Assembly: GCF_032444005.1 (NCBI RefSeq)
Contig: NC_091291.1
Span: 80,538,001 to 80,602,000 of the forward strand
DNA from: Ranitomeya imitator
Lineage: Eukaryota
Length of the DNA stretch: 64,000 nt
Reading direction: 5' to 3'
The notes beneath the pieces were generated by a model. The model was not told the origin of the DNA. It made no database searches and saw only the letters and a program-made list of their open reading frames with translations. The translations under genes and the position numbers were made by a program. Shown in pieces: positions 37,290-51,681 of the stretch; within the stretch, counting starts at the first letter, position 1; each line of letters begins with the position of its first letter.

Positions 37290-38475
37290 TCTGCTCCGTA
37301 CACCACGTACACATGCAACTCTGCTCCATACACCTCGTACAGACACGACTCCGCTCCATACACCTTGCACATGCGGCTCCGCTCCATACACCTCGTACAC
37401 ACACGGCTCCTCCCCATACACCTCATACACACACGGCACCACTCCGTACATGTTGTACACACACGGCTCTGCTTCGTACACCTCGTACACACGGCTCCGC
37501 TCCGTACACCTCGTACACACGGCTCTGCACACCTCGTACACACACGGCTCCGCTCCGTTCACCTCATACATACACGGCTTTTTCCCATACACCTCGTACA
37601 CACACGGCTCTGCTCCGTACACCTCGTACACACACGGCTCCGCTCCGTTCACCTCATACATACACAGCTTTTCCCCATACACCTCGTACACACGGCTCCG
37701 CTCCGTACACCTCGTACACACACGGCTCTGCTCCGTTCACCTCATACACTGCTTTTCCCCATACACCTCGTACACGCACGGCTCTTCTCCGTACACCTCG
37801 CACATGCACGGCTCCGCTCCGTACACCTCGCACACGCACGGCTCCGCTCCGTACACCTCGTACACGCACAGCTCCGCTCCGTTCACCTCATACATACACA
37901 GCTTTTCCCCATACACCCCGTGCACACACGGCTCCGTACACCTCGTACACACACGGCTCCTCTCCGTCCACCTCGTACACACGGCTCTGCACACCTCGTA
38001 CACACACGGCTCCGCTCCGTTCACCTCATACATACACGGCTTTTTCCCATACACCTTGTACACACACGGCTCTGCTCCGTACACCTCGTACACACACGGC
38101 TCCGCTCCGTACACCTCATACACTGCTTTTCCCCATACACCTCGTACACGCACGGCTCTTCTCCGTACACCTTGCACACGCACGGCTCCGCTCCGTACAC
38201 CTCGTACACGCACGGCTCTGCTCCGTACACCTCGTACACGCACGGCTCCGCTCCGTTCACCTCATACATACACAGCTTTTCCCCATACACCTCGTACACG
38301 CACGGCTCTGCTCCGTCCACCTCGTACACACACGGCTCCACTCCGTTCACCTCATACATACACGGCTTTTTCCCATACACGTCGTCCACGCACGGCTCTG
38401 CTCCGTACACGTCGTCCACGCACGGCTCTGCTCCGTACACCTCGTACACGCACGGCTCTGCTCCGTACACCTCCT
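37290..38475. repeat. ~30-bp minisatellite CACGGCTCCGCTCCGTACACCTCGTACACG (unit A)
   Basis: THGSAPYTSY period in the ORF track. Confidence 0.92.
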
Positions 38476-40296
38476 GACCTCACACATACACTTACCCTTG
38501 TCTGGCGCCATGGCAACCAGCAGAGTCCTGTACACGGAGGTCCTCACGATCATGTGACCCCTGACTCCTCCCATCCTGTGACCTCATCACAGGTCCTGTG
38601 CGCACTGAGCAGCCAATTTGTGGTGTGCTGCTCTGCGGGTGCAGGGACTCAGGGAGCGGATTGGGTGTTTTACACACCTCCCAACCAGTGCGGGACAAGT
38701 AATGTCCCGCCCAGGATCGCGGGGCTGACTGTCAAAATCAGGACAGTCCCGCTGGATCCGGGACGGTTGGGAGGTATGGCTGATTGGTCGCGGCAAAACA
38801 GCCACGACCAATCAGCAACTTGGATTTCCATGATAGACAGAGGCCGCAACCAATGAATATTTGTGACAGACAGAAGGACAGAAAGACGGAAGTGACCCTT
38901 AGACAATTATATAGTAGATTATTAACCTTTATGCAGGATTATATGGGGCATATTTTAATATGGAGCATCTAATGGGGCCCATCATGAACTGTATGGAGCA
39001 TTATATGGGGCTCCTGATTCAATATGGATATTCAAAAACACTTTACCTACTGATGTCTCAATTTTACTTTTATTGGTATCAATTTTTACTTTTGACATTT
39101 ACCGATAGCTGCTGCACTGCCCACCCTAGGCTTATACTCGAGTCATTAAGTTTTCTCAGTTTTTTTTTGTGGCAAAAGTAGGGGGTCGGCTTATACTCGA
39201 GTATAGACGGTAACCTTAAAAACTATGAAATCCACTGTGAAAATCTGCGGCTTTTCCTGCAGCAAGTAACAAACCCGCACGTGAAAGCTGTCTGTTAAAA
39301 GCCAATTTCCGTACTTTACTGTTCTCTGCGGCCGAACTGCTGTGTGAATTGTGTCAAGTTCAACATGAAAACTATAGCCGTGTGATTTCTCTAATTCCGC
39401 AGCGTTTGAGTCCAACACAGCTGACTAACTTCATACAGCCCTGCCTGACACACGCTCCCTGGGATCGGACATCGTGTATCCCCTCCATTGCTGACACTTT
39501 GCTCCTCCTGTGCAGCTTGGTCATAGGAGACGGTAATTTTTACTATATAGTGTAATGCTGTAGAATTGCAGGACATATTCCAAGCAGTCAGATCACGATC
39601 GCAGGTCCAAGTCCTATCAGGGGATTAAAGAAGGAAAAAAGTTTTATAAAATATATATATTTATATATAACCTTCCCCCACTCATAAAAAATATATATTT
39701 AAATATTTTTATAATATTTGCAGCATCTGAAAAGATTTGATGTCTCGAAATATACATTTACGGTACAGTAAATCCCATAAAGAGAATGGGAAGGCCTGGA
39801 GTGCTGTTCTGCAGTCACCGCTTTCACTAAAACAGCGCAATAAACGATTAAAACCTTGTCTGTTCCTCCAAACCCTCATCTCGGCAGGAAAAAAACAATC
39901 TCTCGACAGAAAATGCTCCTTATGGTTATTGGAAAATGATGACACAAACTAACATTTTTTTTCCACAAACTTAATGTTTTTTTTCACTTGAATATAAAAG
40001 ATGTGTTCAAGTTTGGTAACACTGGAATCACGCTGCCCGGTGAAATCGCTCTGTTGTACATTATTTTTGGCAGTATGCGCCTATTGGAGGCGGGCGGCAA
40101 GACATAGTAGAGTCCGTCTCTGTGCCGCATCAGCTTGCATACCTGAAAATGATTCACGGCAGAGCGCACGTTCACTGTCGGCACATACGCCTGAATCCCA
40201 TTTTATTGGGGCTTAGGATTTGAGCCCTGACAGAATCAAAGAACGTGTGACAAAACACAATGTGAAGGCACACTAATGCTTCAGACACAGATTTAA

Positions 40297-40857
40297 AGGG
40301 AATCTGTCACTTTTTGTATATACGCTGCAGCCACCGGCATCAGGGGCTTATCTGCAGCATTCTGTAATGCTGTAGATAAGCCCCCGATGTATCCTGAAAG
40401 ATAAGAAAAAGAGGTTGTATTATACTTACCTGGGGGGGGGAAACGGTTCGGTCCGATGGGCGTTGCAGTCCGGGTCCGGCGCCTCCTATCTTCATGTAAT
40501 GACATCCTCTTCCTTGCTTCTGTCGCAGCTCCGGCGCAGGCGTACTGATTTGCCCTGTTGAGGGCAGAGCAAAGTACTGCAGTGCGCAGGCGCTGGGAAA
40601 GGTCAGAGAAGCCTAGCGCCTGCGCAGGAGCCACGACAGAAAGCCAGGAAGAGGACGTCATCACATGAAGATAGGAGGTGCCGGACTGCGACCCCCATTG
40701 GACCCAGACCGCGTCGGACCGCCCCCCCAGGTGAGTATAATCTAACCCATTTTTCTTACCTTTCAGGTTACATTGGCGGCTTATCTACAGCATTACAGAA
40801 TTCTGTAGATAAGCCCCTAAAGGCCCTATATATGAAAAAGTAGGTTACAGATTCCCT
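40297..40857. mobile_element. T2/Kolobok-type MITE (unit B)
   Basis: Same TIR and TTAA flanks as 33770-34349. Confidence 0.85.
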
Positions 40858-41881
40858 TTAACTCTTTGCATCCCGATGACTTGTTAATAACATGTTAGGT
40901 TACAGGTTGAACTCTACAGATTTGTCTATAATTACCGTGTATATACTCGAGTATAAGCCGAGATTTTCAGCCCATTTTTTTGGTTAAAAGTCCCCCTCTC
41001 GTCTTACACTCGAGTCATACCCAGGGGTCGGCGGGGGCTGTCTAATTATACTTACCTGCTCCTGGCGCGGTCCCTGTAGGTCCCTGGCTCCCCACCGCCG
41101 CAGCTTCTTCCTGTACTGAGCGGTCACATGGTACGGCTCATTATAGTAATGAATATGCGGCTCCACCTCCCATAGCGGTGGAGCCGCATATTCATTACTG
41201 TAATGAGTGGTAACGGTGACCGCTCAATACAGGAAGAAGCTGCGGCGCCGGTGAAGCAGGGACTGCACCGCACCAGGAGCAGGTGAGTATAACGGGGAGG
41301 GGAGCCATAATCAACATTTGTGCAGCATTATATTGGGCAAATGTGTCTATGGAGCATCTTATGGGGCCACTAGATGGTGGCCCGATTCTAACGCATCAGG
41401 TATTCTAGAATATGCATGTCCACGTAGTATATTGCCCAGCCACGTAGTACATTGCCCAATCACGTATGTCACAGGTTAAAATAAAAATAAATATATACTC
41501 ACCTTCCGAGGGTCAGTTGTAGTTCGATCACATGACCGTGACGTCATGGCAGGTCGTTCTCGTGCAGGGCCTGTGATGACGTCGCGGTCACATGACAGTG
41601 GCGTCATGGCAGGTCCTTCTCTCATACCACCGGGACCTGCCGGTTGCATGTTGCGGTCACCAGAGCGTAGCCAGGAGCGGGAAAGGCGGCGGAAGGGGAG
41701 TATATAATGATTTTTTATTTTTTTTATTATTTTTAACATTAGATGTTTTTACCATTGACGCTGCATAGGCAGCATCAATAGTAAAAACTTGGTCACACAG
41801 AGTTAATAGCGGCGGTAACGGAGTGAGTTACCCGCGGCATAATGTGGTCCGTTACCGCCGGCATTAACCCTGTGTGAGCGG

Positions 41882-44800
41882 CAGGGGCGGGCTGGGCTGG
41901 GTGGCAGAAATGCATATGCCCCCCGGGCCGGTGTCTAAGCAGCTGCACAGGGCCGCTGGAGGACTGGCAGTGACTAATACATAGCGCACTTGTAGTGCGC
42001 GGTGGTGCCATCCCGCCAGCAGCCCTGACATGCAGGCTGCAGGGGTATGTGATGAGCAAGCTCCTATGCGCCACTGCCACTCTGAGGGAGAGAGCCAGCA
42101 GCCAAGATGAAAGGTCAGCATACCGGCCTGTGTGTGCACGGAGCTCTGGCTTCTCCTGCTCTTATCTGCTATCCCGGCAGAGAAGGAGAGACGGGGGAGG
42201 TGCCGGGGCCCGGGACAGTGCAGAGCTGTGAGCAGGAGAAACTGAAGAGCTGCACATGGACATCAGCTGAGCCACCCCTGCACCACAGAGGAGAGTGTAT
42301 GATGTGTGTATGAGGTAACTGGTGTGTGTGATGTGTGTATGAGGTAACTGGCGTGTGTGATGTGTGTGTGAGCTGCGTGCGTGTGTGTTTGAGGTAACTG
42401 GTGTGTGTATGAGGTAACTGGTGTGTCTGTGAGCTGCATGCATGTGTGTGTGAGCTGCGTGCTTGTGTGTGTGAGCTGTGTGCATGCGTGCGTGTGTGAG
42501 AGCTGCGTGCGTGTGTGTGTGAGAGCTGCGTGCGTGTGTGTGTGAGAGCTGCGTGTGTGTGTGTGAGAGCTGCGTGCGTGTGTGTGTGAGCTGCATGTGT
42601 GTCATTATACAGTGGGCTTGTGCGTGTGCCTGTCATTATACAGTGGGGCTGTGTGGGTATGTCATTATACAGTGGGGTTGTGCGTGTGCCTGTCATTATA
42701 CAGTGGGGCTGTGCGTGTGTGTGTGCTGCGTGCGTGTGTGTGTGAGCTGCGTGCGTGTGTGTGAGAGCTGCGTGCGTGTGTGTGTGAGCTGCATGTGTGT
42801 GTCATTATACAGTGGGGCTGTGTGGGTATGTCATTATACAGTGGGGCTGTGTGGGTATGTCATTATACAGTGGGGCTGTGCATGTGTGTGTGTGTGTGGG
42901 CTGTGCATGTGTGTGTGAGCTGTGTGCATGTGTGTGAGCTGCGTGCATGTGTGTGCGTGTGTGTGAGCTGCGTGCGTGTGTGTGCGAGCTGCGTGTGTGT
43001 GTGTGTGAGCTGTGTGCATGTGTGTGTGAGGTGCGTGTGTGAGCTGCGTGCATGTGTGTGTGAGCTGCATGTGTGTGTCATTATACAGTGGGGTTGTGCG
43101 TGTGCCTGTCATTATACAGTGGGGCTGTGCGTGTGTGTGTGTGTGAGCTGCGTGCGTTTGTGTCTGAGAGCTGCGTGTGTGTGAGAGCTGCGTGCGTGTG
43201 TGTGAGAGCTGCGTGCGTGTGTGTGAGAGCTGTGTGCATGTGTGTGTGAGAGCTGTGTGCATGTGTGTGTGAGAGCTGCGTGCGTGTGTGTGTGAGAGCT
43301 GCGTGCGTGTGTGTGAGAGCTGCGTGCGTGTGTGTGTGAGAGCTGCGTGCGTGTGTGTGTGAGAGCTGCGTGCGTGTGTGTGTGAGAGCTGCGTGCGTGT
43401 GTCATTATACAGTGAGCTTGGGCGTGTGCCTGTCATACAGTGGGGCTGTGTGGGTATGTCATTATACAGTGGGGCTGTGCATGTGTGTGTGTGAGCTGCG
43501 TGCGTGTGAGCTGCGTGTGTGTGTGAGCTGCGTGCGTGTGAGCTGCGTGTGTGAGCTGCGTGCATGTGTGTGTGAGCTGCGTGCGTGTGTGTGTGAGCTG
43601 CGTGCGTGTGTGTGTGAGCTGCGTGCGTGTGTGTGTGAGCTGCGTGCGTGTGTGAGAGCTGCATGTGTGTGTCATTATACAGTGGGGTTGTGCGTGTGCC
43701 TGTCATTATACAGTGGGGCTGTGCGTGTGTGTGTGTGCTGCGTGCGTGTGAGCTGCGTGCGTGTGTGTGAGCTGCGTGCGTGCGTGTGTGAGAGCTGCGT
43801 GCGTGTGTGTGAGAGCTGCGTGCGTGTGAGCTGCGTGCGTGTGTGTGTGTGAGAGCTGCATGCGTGTGTGTGAGAGCTGCGTGCGTGTGTGTGTGTGAGA
43901 GCTGCGTGCGTGTGTGTGTGAGCTGCGTGCGTGTGTCATTATACAGTGGGCTTGTGCGTGTGCCTGTCATTATACAGTGGGGCTGTGTGGGTATGTCATT
44001 ATACAGTGGGGCTGTGCATGTGTGTGTGTGAGCTGCGTGCGTGTGTGTGTGAGGTGCGTGCGTGAGCTGCGTGCGTGTGTGTGTGAGAGCTGCGTGCGTG
44101 TGTGTGTGAGAGCTGCGTGCGTGTGTGTGAGCAGCGTGCGTGTGTGAGAGCTGCGTGCGTGTGTGTGTGAGAGCTGCGTGCGTGTGTGTGTGAGAGCTGC
44201 GTGCGTGTGTCATTATACAGTGGTATTGTGCGTGTGCCTGTCATTATACATTGGGGCTGTGTGGGTATGTCATTATACAGTGGGGCTGTGCATGTGTGTG
44301 TGTGTGTGAGCTGCGTGCGTGTGTGAGCTGCGTGCGTGTGTGTGTGTGAGCTGTGTGCGTGTGAGGTGTGCTGCGTGTGTGTGTGTGAGCTGTGTGCGTG
44401 TGTGTGGGAGCTGCGTGCGTGTGTGTGAGCTGTGTGCGTGTGTGAGCTGCATGTGTGTGTCATTATACAGTGGGGCTGTGCGTGTGTGTGAGCTGCGTGC
44501 GTGCGTGTGTGTGAGCTGCGTGCGTGTATTGTGTGTGTGAGCTGCGTGCGTGTCGTGTGTGTGGGAGCTGCGTGCGTGTGTGTGAGCTGCGTGCGTGTGT
44601 GAGCTGCATGTGTGTGTCATTATACAGTGGGGTTGTGTGTGTGAGCTGCGTGCGTGTGTGAGCTGCGTGCGTGTGTGTGTGTGTGAGCTGCGTGCGTGTG
44701 TGTGTGAGGTGCGTGCGTGAGCTGCGTGCGTGTGTGTGTGAGCTGCGTGCGTGTGTGTGTGAGCTGCGTGCGTGTGAGCTGCATGTGTGTGTCATTATAC

Positions 44801-46222
44801 AGTGGGGCTGTGCGTGTGTGAGCTGCGTGCGTGTGTGTGAGCTGCGTGCGTGTGTGTGTGAGAGCTGCGTGCGTGTGTGTGAGAGCTGCGTGCGTGTGTG
44901 TGAGAGAGCTGCGTGCGTGTGTGTGAGAGAGCTGCGTGCGTGTGTGTGAGAGAGCTGCGTGCGCGTGTGTGTGTGTGTGAGAGTTGTGTACATGTGTGAG
45001 CTGCATGTGTGTGTCATACAGTGGGTTTGTGCGTTTGCCTGTCATTATACAGTGGGGATGTGTGGGTATGTCATTATACAGTGGGGCTGTGCATGTGTGT
45101 GTGTGTGAGCTGCGTGCGTGTGTGTGTGAGGTGCGTGTGTGTGTGAGCTGCATGCATGTGTGTGAGCTGCATGTGTGTGTCATTATACAGTGGGGCTGTG
45201 TGGGTATGTCATTATACAGTGGGGCTGTGTGTGTGTGTGAGCTGCGTGCGTGTGTGAGCTGCGTGCGTGTGTGAGCTGCGTGCGTGTGTGAGCTGCGTGC
45301 GTGTGAGCTGCGTGCGTGTGTGTGAGCTGCGTGCGTGTGTGTGAGCTGCGTGCGTGTCTGTGAGCTGTGTGCGTGTGTGAGCTGCGTGCGTGTGTGAGCT
45401 GCGTGCGTGTGTGTGAGCTGCATGCATGTGTGTGTGAGCTGCATGCATGTGTGTGTGAGCTGCGTGTGTGTGTGAGATGCGTGCGTGTGTGAGCTGCGTG
45501 TGTGTGTGTGTGAGCTGCATGTGTGTCATTATACAGTGGGCTTGTGCGTGTGCCTGTCATTATACAGTGGGGCTGTGCGTGCGCGTGTCATTATACAGTG
45601 GGGCTGTGTGTGTCATTATACAGTGGTGCTGTGTGTGTTATTATACAGTGGGGCTGTGCATGTCTGTCATTATACAGTGGGGCTGTGCGTGTGTCTCATT
45701 ATACAGTGGGGCTGTGCATGTGTGTGTGTCATACAGTGGGGCTGTGCGTGTGTCTGTCATTATACAGTGGGGCTGTGTGTGTGTCATTATACAGTGGGGC
45801 TGTGCGTGTGTGTGTGTCATTGGTGCATTCACTCTGTCATTCTTTTGACTGCAGACTTGTGCTTCTCACATTGCTGGCAGTGCTGTGGTCATTTGGCAGG
45901 TGTGTGGCTGTAAGTTTGTGATTTGCATACATGCGGTCACATGCCGACTAGACTTGCATGGCCTAATGCAACTGTATTGAACAAGGCCCAAAACAGTCTA
46001 GTTGAAATGTGGCTGGGAATATATATATATCGCATGCTTGCAGTCACAAGACCACCTGTTGCCGGCACCAGAGAATCTTCACAGCGCACGATATGAGGAT
46101 TCCCACATAGTGTCTGTAGACATGTAGCATAAGATCCGACAACCCCTTTAAGGATGAGCCGCTACTCATGGGCCACTGCTGTGTGCTTGTCCCCCAGGCC
46201 AAAATTTGCCAGTCAGCCCCTG
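41882..46222. mobile_element. hAT MITE (TIR CAGGGGC.G.CTGG), present only in unit B
   Basis: 8-bp TSD GTGAGCGG at 41874-41881 and 46223-46230. Unit A has the empty site, a single GTGAGCGG at ~35906-35913. Confidence 0.88.
42300..45820. repeat. Complex GT-rich array: GAGCTGCGTGC(GT)n blocks punctuated by GTCATTATACAGTGGGGCTGTG
   Basis: Direct reading; lies inside the hAT MITE 41882-46222. Confidence 0.92.
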
Positions 46223-46324
46223 GTGAGCGGTGACTGCGGGGAGTATGCGGGCGCTGGGCACTGGCCACTGACTGCGGGGAGTAAGGAGCTGCCATTTTCT
46301 TCCGGACTGTGCCGTCGCTGATTG

Positions 46325-49300
46325 CATACCTCCCAACTTTTGAGGAAGGGAAAGAGGGACAAAGTTAGCTGCGCGCGCCACGGCAAATTTTAAGCCACAC
46401 CTCTGACCACACCCATTTCACAACTAGTCACGCCCATTTAGCACTTCTGATCTCAATGTTTCGTAAACAATAATTATAAACAAAAAAAAAAATATGGTCA
46501 CACAGTGTTCCATACTGTATAATGGCCCCAAATGATGCTTCATACAGTTTACTGGCCCCACGTGATGCTCCATACTGTATAATGGCCCCAAATGACGCTG
46601 CGTACAGTGTACTGGCCCCATGTTATGCTCCATATTGTATAATAGCCCCACATGATGCTCCGTACTGTATAATGGCCACACATTATGCTGCGTACTGTAT
46701 AATGGCCACACATGATGCTGCGTACTGTATAATGGCCACACATGATGCTCCGTACTGTATAATGGCCACACATGATGCTCCGTACTTTATAATGGCCACA
46801 CATGATGCTCCGTACTTTATAATGGCCAGACATAATGCTCCATACTGTATAAAGGTCACATTATGTTCCATACTGTATAATGGCTACACATGATGCTGGG
46901 TACAGTATAATGGCCCCACACGATGCTGGGTACAGTATAATGGCCCCACATGATGCTCCATACTGTAAAATGGCCCCACACGATGCTGGGTACAGTATAA
47001 TGGCCCCACACGATGCTGGGTACAGTATAATGGCCACACATAGTTACTCCCATCATTGCCTTCTCCATCACTACACACACGCACCTTTCACCGCGCACCC
47101 TCCTAGCAGCCGGCAGCTTCCACTCCCACTGCGCTGAATGGTGTCATCCAGCTGAGCCGCTGACTGCTCACGTCGCTGCAGCTGTGATACGCCACTTATA
47201 AAGAGCTCTCCGTGTCTCCTGTGCCACTCAGTTTCAGAGCGAGGAGCAATATCTGCTCCGATCCGACTCAGCCAGCGTCTGCTCCGTACATCTCATACAC
47301 ATGCGACTCTGCTCCATACACCTCGTACACACACGACTCCGCTCCATACACCTTGCACATGCGGCTCCGCTCCATACACCTCGTACACACGGCTCCTCCC
47401 CATACACCTCATACACACACGGCACCACTCCGTACATGTTGTACACACACGACTCCGCTCCATACACCTTGCACATGCGGCTCTGCTCCATACACCTCAT
47501 ACACACACGGCTCCTCCTCATACACACACGGCACCACTCCGTTCACCTTGTACACACACGGCTCCGTTCACCTTGTACACACACGGCTCCGCTCCGTACA
47601 CCTCGTACACACGGCTCCGCTCCGTACACCTCGCACACACGGCTCTGCACACCTCGTACACACACGGCTCCACTCCGTTCACCTCATACATACACGGCTT
47701 TTCCCCATACACCTCCTACACACACGACTCCGCTCCATACACCTTGCACATGCGGCTCCGCCCCATACACCTCGTACACACACGGCTCCTCCCCATACAC
47801 CTCATACACACACGGCTCCGCTCCGTTCACCTTGTACACACACGGCTCCGCTCCGTACACCTCGTACACACGACTCCGCTCCGTACACCTCGTACACTCG
47901 GCTCTGCACACCTCGTACACACACGGCTCCACTCCGTTCACCTCATACATACATGGCTTTTCCCCATACACCTTGTACACATACAGCTCTGCTCCCTACA
48001 CTTCGTACACACACGGCTCTGCTCCGTACACCTCGTACACACGGCTCTGCTCCGTACACCTCGTACACACACGGCTCCGCTCCGTACACCTCGTACACAC
48101 ACGGCTCTGCTCCGTACACCTCGTACACACACGGCTCTGCTCCGTACACCTCGTACACACACGGCTCCGCACACCTCGTGCACACACGGCTCTGCTCCGT
48201 TCACCTCATACATACACAGCTTTTCCCCATACACCTCGTACACACGGCTCCGCTCCGTTCACCTCATACACTGCTTTTCCCCATACACCTCGTACACGCA
48301 CGGCTCTTCTCCGTACACCTCGTACACGCACGGCTCCGCTCCATACACCTCGCACACGCACGGCTCCGCACACCTCGTACACACACGGCTTTGCTCCGTT
48401 CACCTCATACATACACAGCTTTTCCCCATACACCTCGTGCACACACGGCTCCGCTCCATACACCTCGTGCACACACGGCTCGGCTCCGCACACCTCGTAC
48501 ACACACGGCTCCGCTCCGTTCACCTCATACACTGCTTTTCCCCATACACCTAGTACACGCACGGCTCCGTTAACCTCGTACACACACGGCTCCGCTCTAT
48601 TTACCTCATACATACACGGCTTTTCCCCATAAACCTCGTACTCACACGGCTCCGCTCCGTACACCTCGTACACACACGGCTCCGCACCGTACACCTCATA
48701 CACGGCTTTTCCCCATACACCTCATACACACACGGCTCTGCTCCGTACACCTTGTACACACACGGCTCCGCTCCGTTCACCTCATACACGCACGGCTCCG
48801 CTCCATTCACCTCATACACACACGGCTCTGCTCCGTACACCTCGTACACGCACGGCTCCGCTCCGTTCACCTCATACATACACAGCTGTTCCCCATACAC
48901 CTCATACACACACGGCTCTGCTCCGTACACCTCGTACACGCACGGCTCCGCTCCATTCACCTCATACACGCACGGCTCCGCACACCTCGTACACACGGCT
49001 CTGCTCCGTTCACCTCATACATACACAGCTTTTCCCCATACACCTCGTACACACACGGCTCCGCTCCGTACACCTCGTACACATACGGCTCCGCACACTT
49101 CGTACACACACGGCTCCGCTCCGTTCACCTCATAAATACACGGCTTTTCCCCATACACCTCGTACACACGGCTCCGCTTTGTACACCTCGTACACACACG
49201 GCTCCGCTCCGTTCACCTCATACACGGCTTTTCCCCATACACGTCGTACACGCACGGCTCCGCTCTGTACACCTCGTACACGCACGGCTCCGCTCCGTAC

Positions 49301-51681
49301 ACGCACGGCTCCGCTCCGTTCACCTCATACATGGCTTTTCCCCATACACCTCGTACACGCACGGCTCCACTCCGAACACCTCGTACACGCACGACTCCGC
49401 TCCATTTACCTCATACATGGCTTTTCCCCATACACCTCGTACACGCACGGCTCTCCTCCGTACACCTTGTACACGCACGGCTCCGCTCCGTACACCTTGT
49501 ACACGCACGACTCCGCTCCGTACACCTTGTACACGCACGACTCCGCTCCGTACACTTCGTACATGCACGGCTCTCCTCTGCACACCTCGTACACACACGG
49601 CTCCGCTCCGTACACCTCGTACACATACGGCTCCGCACACCTCGTACACACACGGCTCCGTTCCGTTCACCTCATAAATACACGGCTTTTCCCCATACAC
49701 CTCGTACACACGGCTCCGCTCCGTACACCTCGTGCACACACGGCTCCGCTCCGTACACCTCGTACACATACGGCTCCGCACACATCGTACACACACGGCT
49801 CCGTTCACCTCATAAATACACGGCTTTTCCCCATACACCTCGTACACACGGCTCTGCTCCGTACACCTCGTACACACACGGCTCTGCTCCGTTCACCTCA
49901 TACACTGCTTTTCCCCATACACCTCGTACACGCACGGCTCCGTTCACCTCGTACACACACTGCTCCGCTCCATTCACCTCATACATGCACGGCTTTTCCC
50001 CATAAACCTCGCACACACGGCTCCGCTCCGTACACCTCGTATACACACGGCTCCGCTCCGTACACCTCATACATACACGGCTTTTCCCCATATACCTCGT
50101 ACACACGGCTCCGCTCCGTACACCTCATAAACGCACGGCTCCGCTCCATACACCTCGTACACGCACGGCTCCGCACACCTCGTACACACGGCTCCACTCC
50201 GTTCACCTCATACATACACAGCTTTTCCCCATACACCTCGTACACACACGGCTCCGCACACCTCGTACACACGGCTCCGCTCCGTTCACCTCATACATAC
50301 ACAGCTTTTCCCCATACACCTCGTACACACACGGCTCCGCACACCTCGTACACACGGCTCCGCTCCGTACACCTCGTACACATACGGCTCCGCACACCTC
50401 GTACACACACGGCTCCGCTCCGTTCACCTCATAAATACACGGCTTTTCCCCATACACCTCGTACACACGGCTCCGCTCCGTACACCTCGTACACACACGG
50501 CTCCGCTCCGTTCACCTCATACACGGCTTTTCCCCATATACCTCGTACACGCACGGCTCCGCTCCGTACACCTCGTACACGCACGGCTCCACTCCATACA
50601 CCTCGTACACGCACGGCTCTGCTCCGTACACCTCTTACACGCACGTCTCCGCTCCGTACACCTCGTACACGCACGGCTCTCCTCTGTACACCTCGTACAC
50701 GCACGGCTCTCCTCTGTACACCTCGTACACACACGGCTCCGCTCCGTTCACCTCATACATACACAGCTTTTCCCCATACACCTCGTACACACGGCTCTGC
50801 TCCGTACACCTCGTACACATACGGCTCCGCACACCTCGTACACACCACACACGGCTCCGTTCCGTTCACCTCATAAATGCACGGCTTTTCCCCATACACC
50901 TCGTACACACGGCTCCGCTCCGTACACCTCGTACACACACGGCTCCGCTCCGTTCACCTCATACACGGCTTTTCCCCATACACCTCGTACACGCACGGCT
51001 CCGCTCCGTACTCCTCGTACACGCACGGCTCCGCTCCGTACACCTCGTACACGCACGGCTCCGCTCCGTACACCTCGTACACGCACGGCTCCGCTCCGTA
51101 CACCTCGTACACGCACGGCTCCGCTCCGTACACCTCGTACACGCACGGCTCCGCCCCGTACACCTCGTACACGCACGGCTCCGCTCCGTACACCTCGTAC
51201 ACGCACGGCTCCGCTCCGTACACCTCGTACACGCACGGCTCCGCTCCGTACACCTCGTACACGCACGGCTCCGCTCCGTACACCTCGTACACGCACGGCT
51301 CCGCTCCGTACACCTTGTACACGCACGGCTCCGCTCCGTACACCTTGTACACGCACGGCTCCGCTCCGTACACCTCCTGACCTCACACATACACTTACCC
51401 TTGTCCGGCGCCATGGCAACCAGCAGAGTCCTGTACACGGAGGTCCTCCTGATGATGTGACCCCTGACTCCTCCCATCCTGTGACCTCATTCCAGGTCCT
51501 GTGCGCACTGAGCAGCCAATTTGTGGTGTGCTGCTCTGCGGGTGCAGGGACTCAGGGAGCGGATTGGGTGTTTTACACACCTCCCAACCAGTGCGGGACA
51601 ACTAATGTCCCGCCCAGGATCGCGGGGCTGACTCTCAAAATCGGGACAGTCCCGCTGGATCCGGGACGGTTGGGAGGTATG
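46325..51681. mobile_element. hAT MITE (TIR CATACCTCCCAAC), unit B, with expanded minisatellite
   Basis: TSD GCTGATTG at 46317-46324 and 51682-51689. Confidence 0.9.
47280..51376. repeat. Same ~30-bp minisatellite expanded to ~4.1 kb (unit B)
   Basis: Variant units with length changes; near-perfect 30-mers at ~50990-51375. Confidence 0.92.

Larger units (their letters stand above)
36003..38778. mobile_element. hAT MITE (TIR CATACCTCCCAAC) with two 30-bp minisatellites (unit A)
   Basis: Perfect 13-bp TIR; 8-bp TSD GCTGATTG at 35995-36002 and 38779-38786. Confidence 0.9.
35277..38918 (-). mobile_element. Non-autonomous Helitron-like element (unit A), ~0.86 kb without its hAT insert
   Basis: On the minus strand: A|TCTACTATATAATTGTCTAAGGG ... 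CCCGATGCGTTAGAATCGGG..ATCTAG|T. Inserted at an AT with no TSD. Termini resemble the trio at 870-1996. Confidence 0.8.
34427..39210. mobile_element. Tc1/mariner-type MITE hosting a Helitron (unit A)
   Basis: TIR CCGTATATACT(A/C)GAGTATAAGCCGA, with TA flanks at 34425-34426 and 39211-39212. Confidence 0.8.

Noticed and set aside
39300-40281. Exons of a neighbouring gene in the duplicated unique sequence
   Set aside because: The short ORFs show no protein family I recognise and no convincing splice-site pairs. It is left unannotated pending a homology search.
36066-51477. Many long ORFs (up to 565 aa) such as THGSAPYTSY, MATHDAPYCI and HTHARSS repeats
   Set aside because: They are by-products of stop-free minisatellites, open in several frames on both strands and lying inside non-autonomous MITEs.
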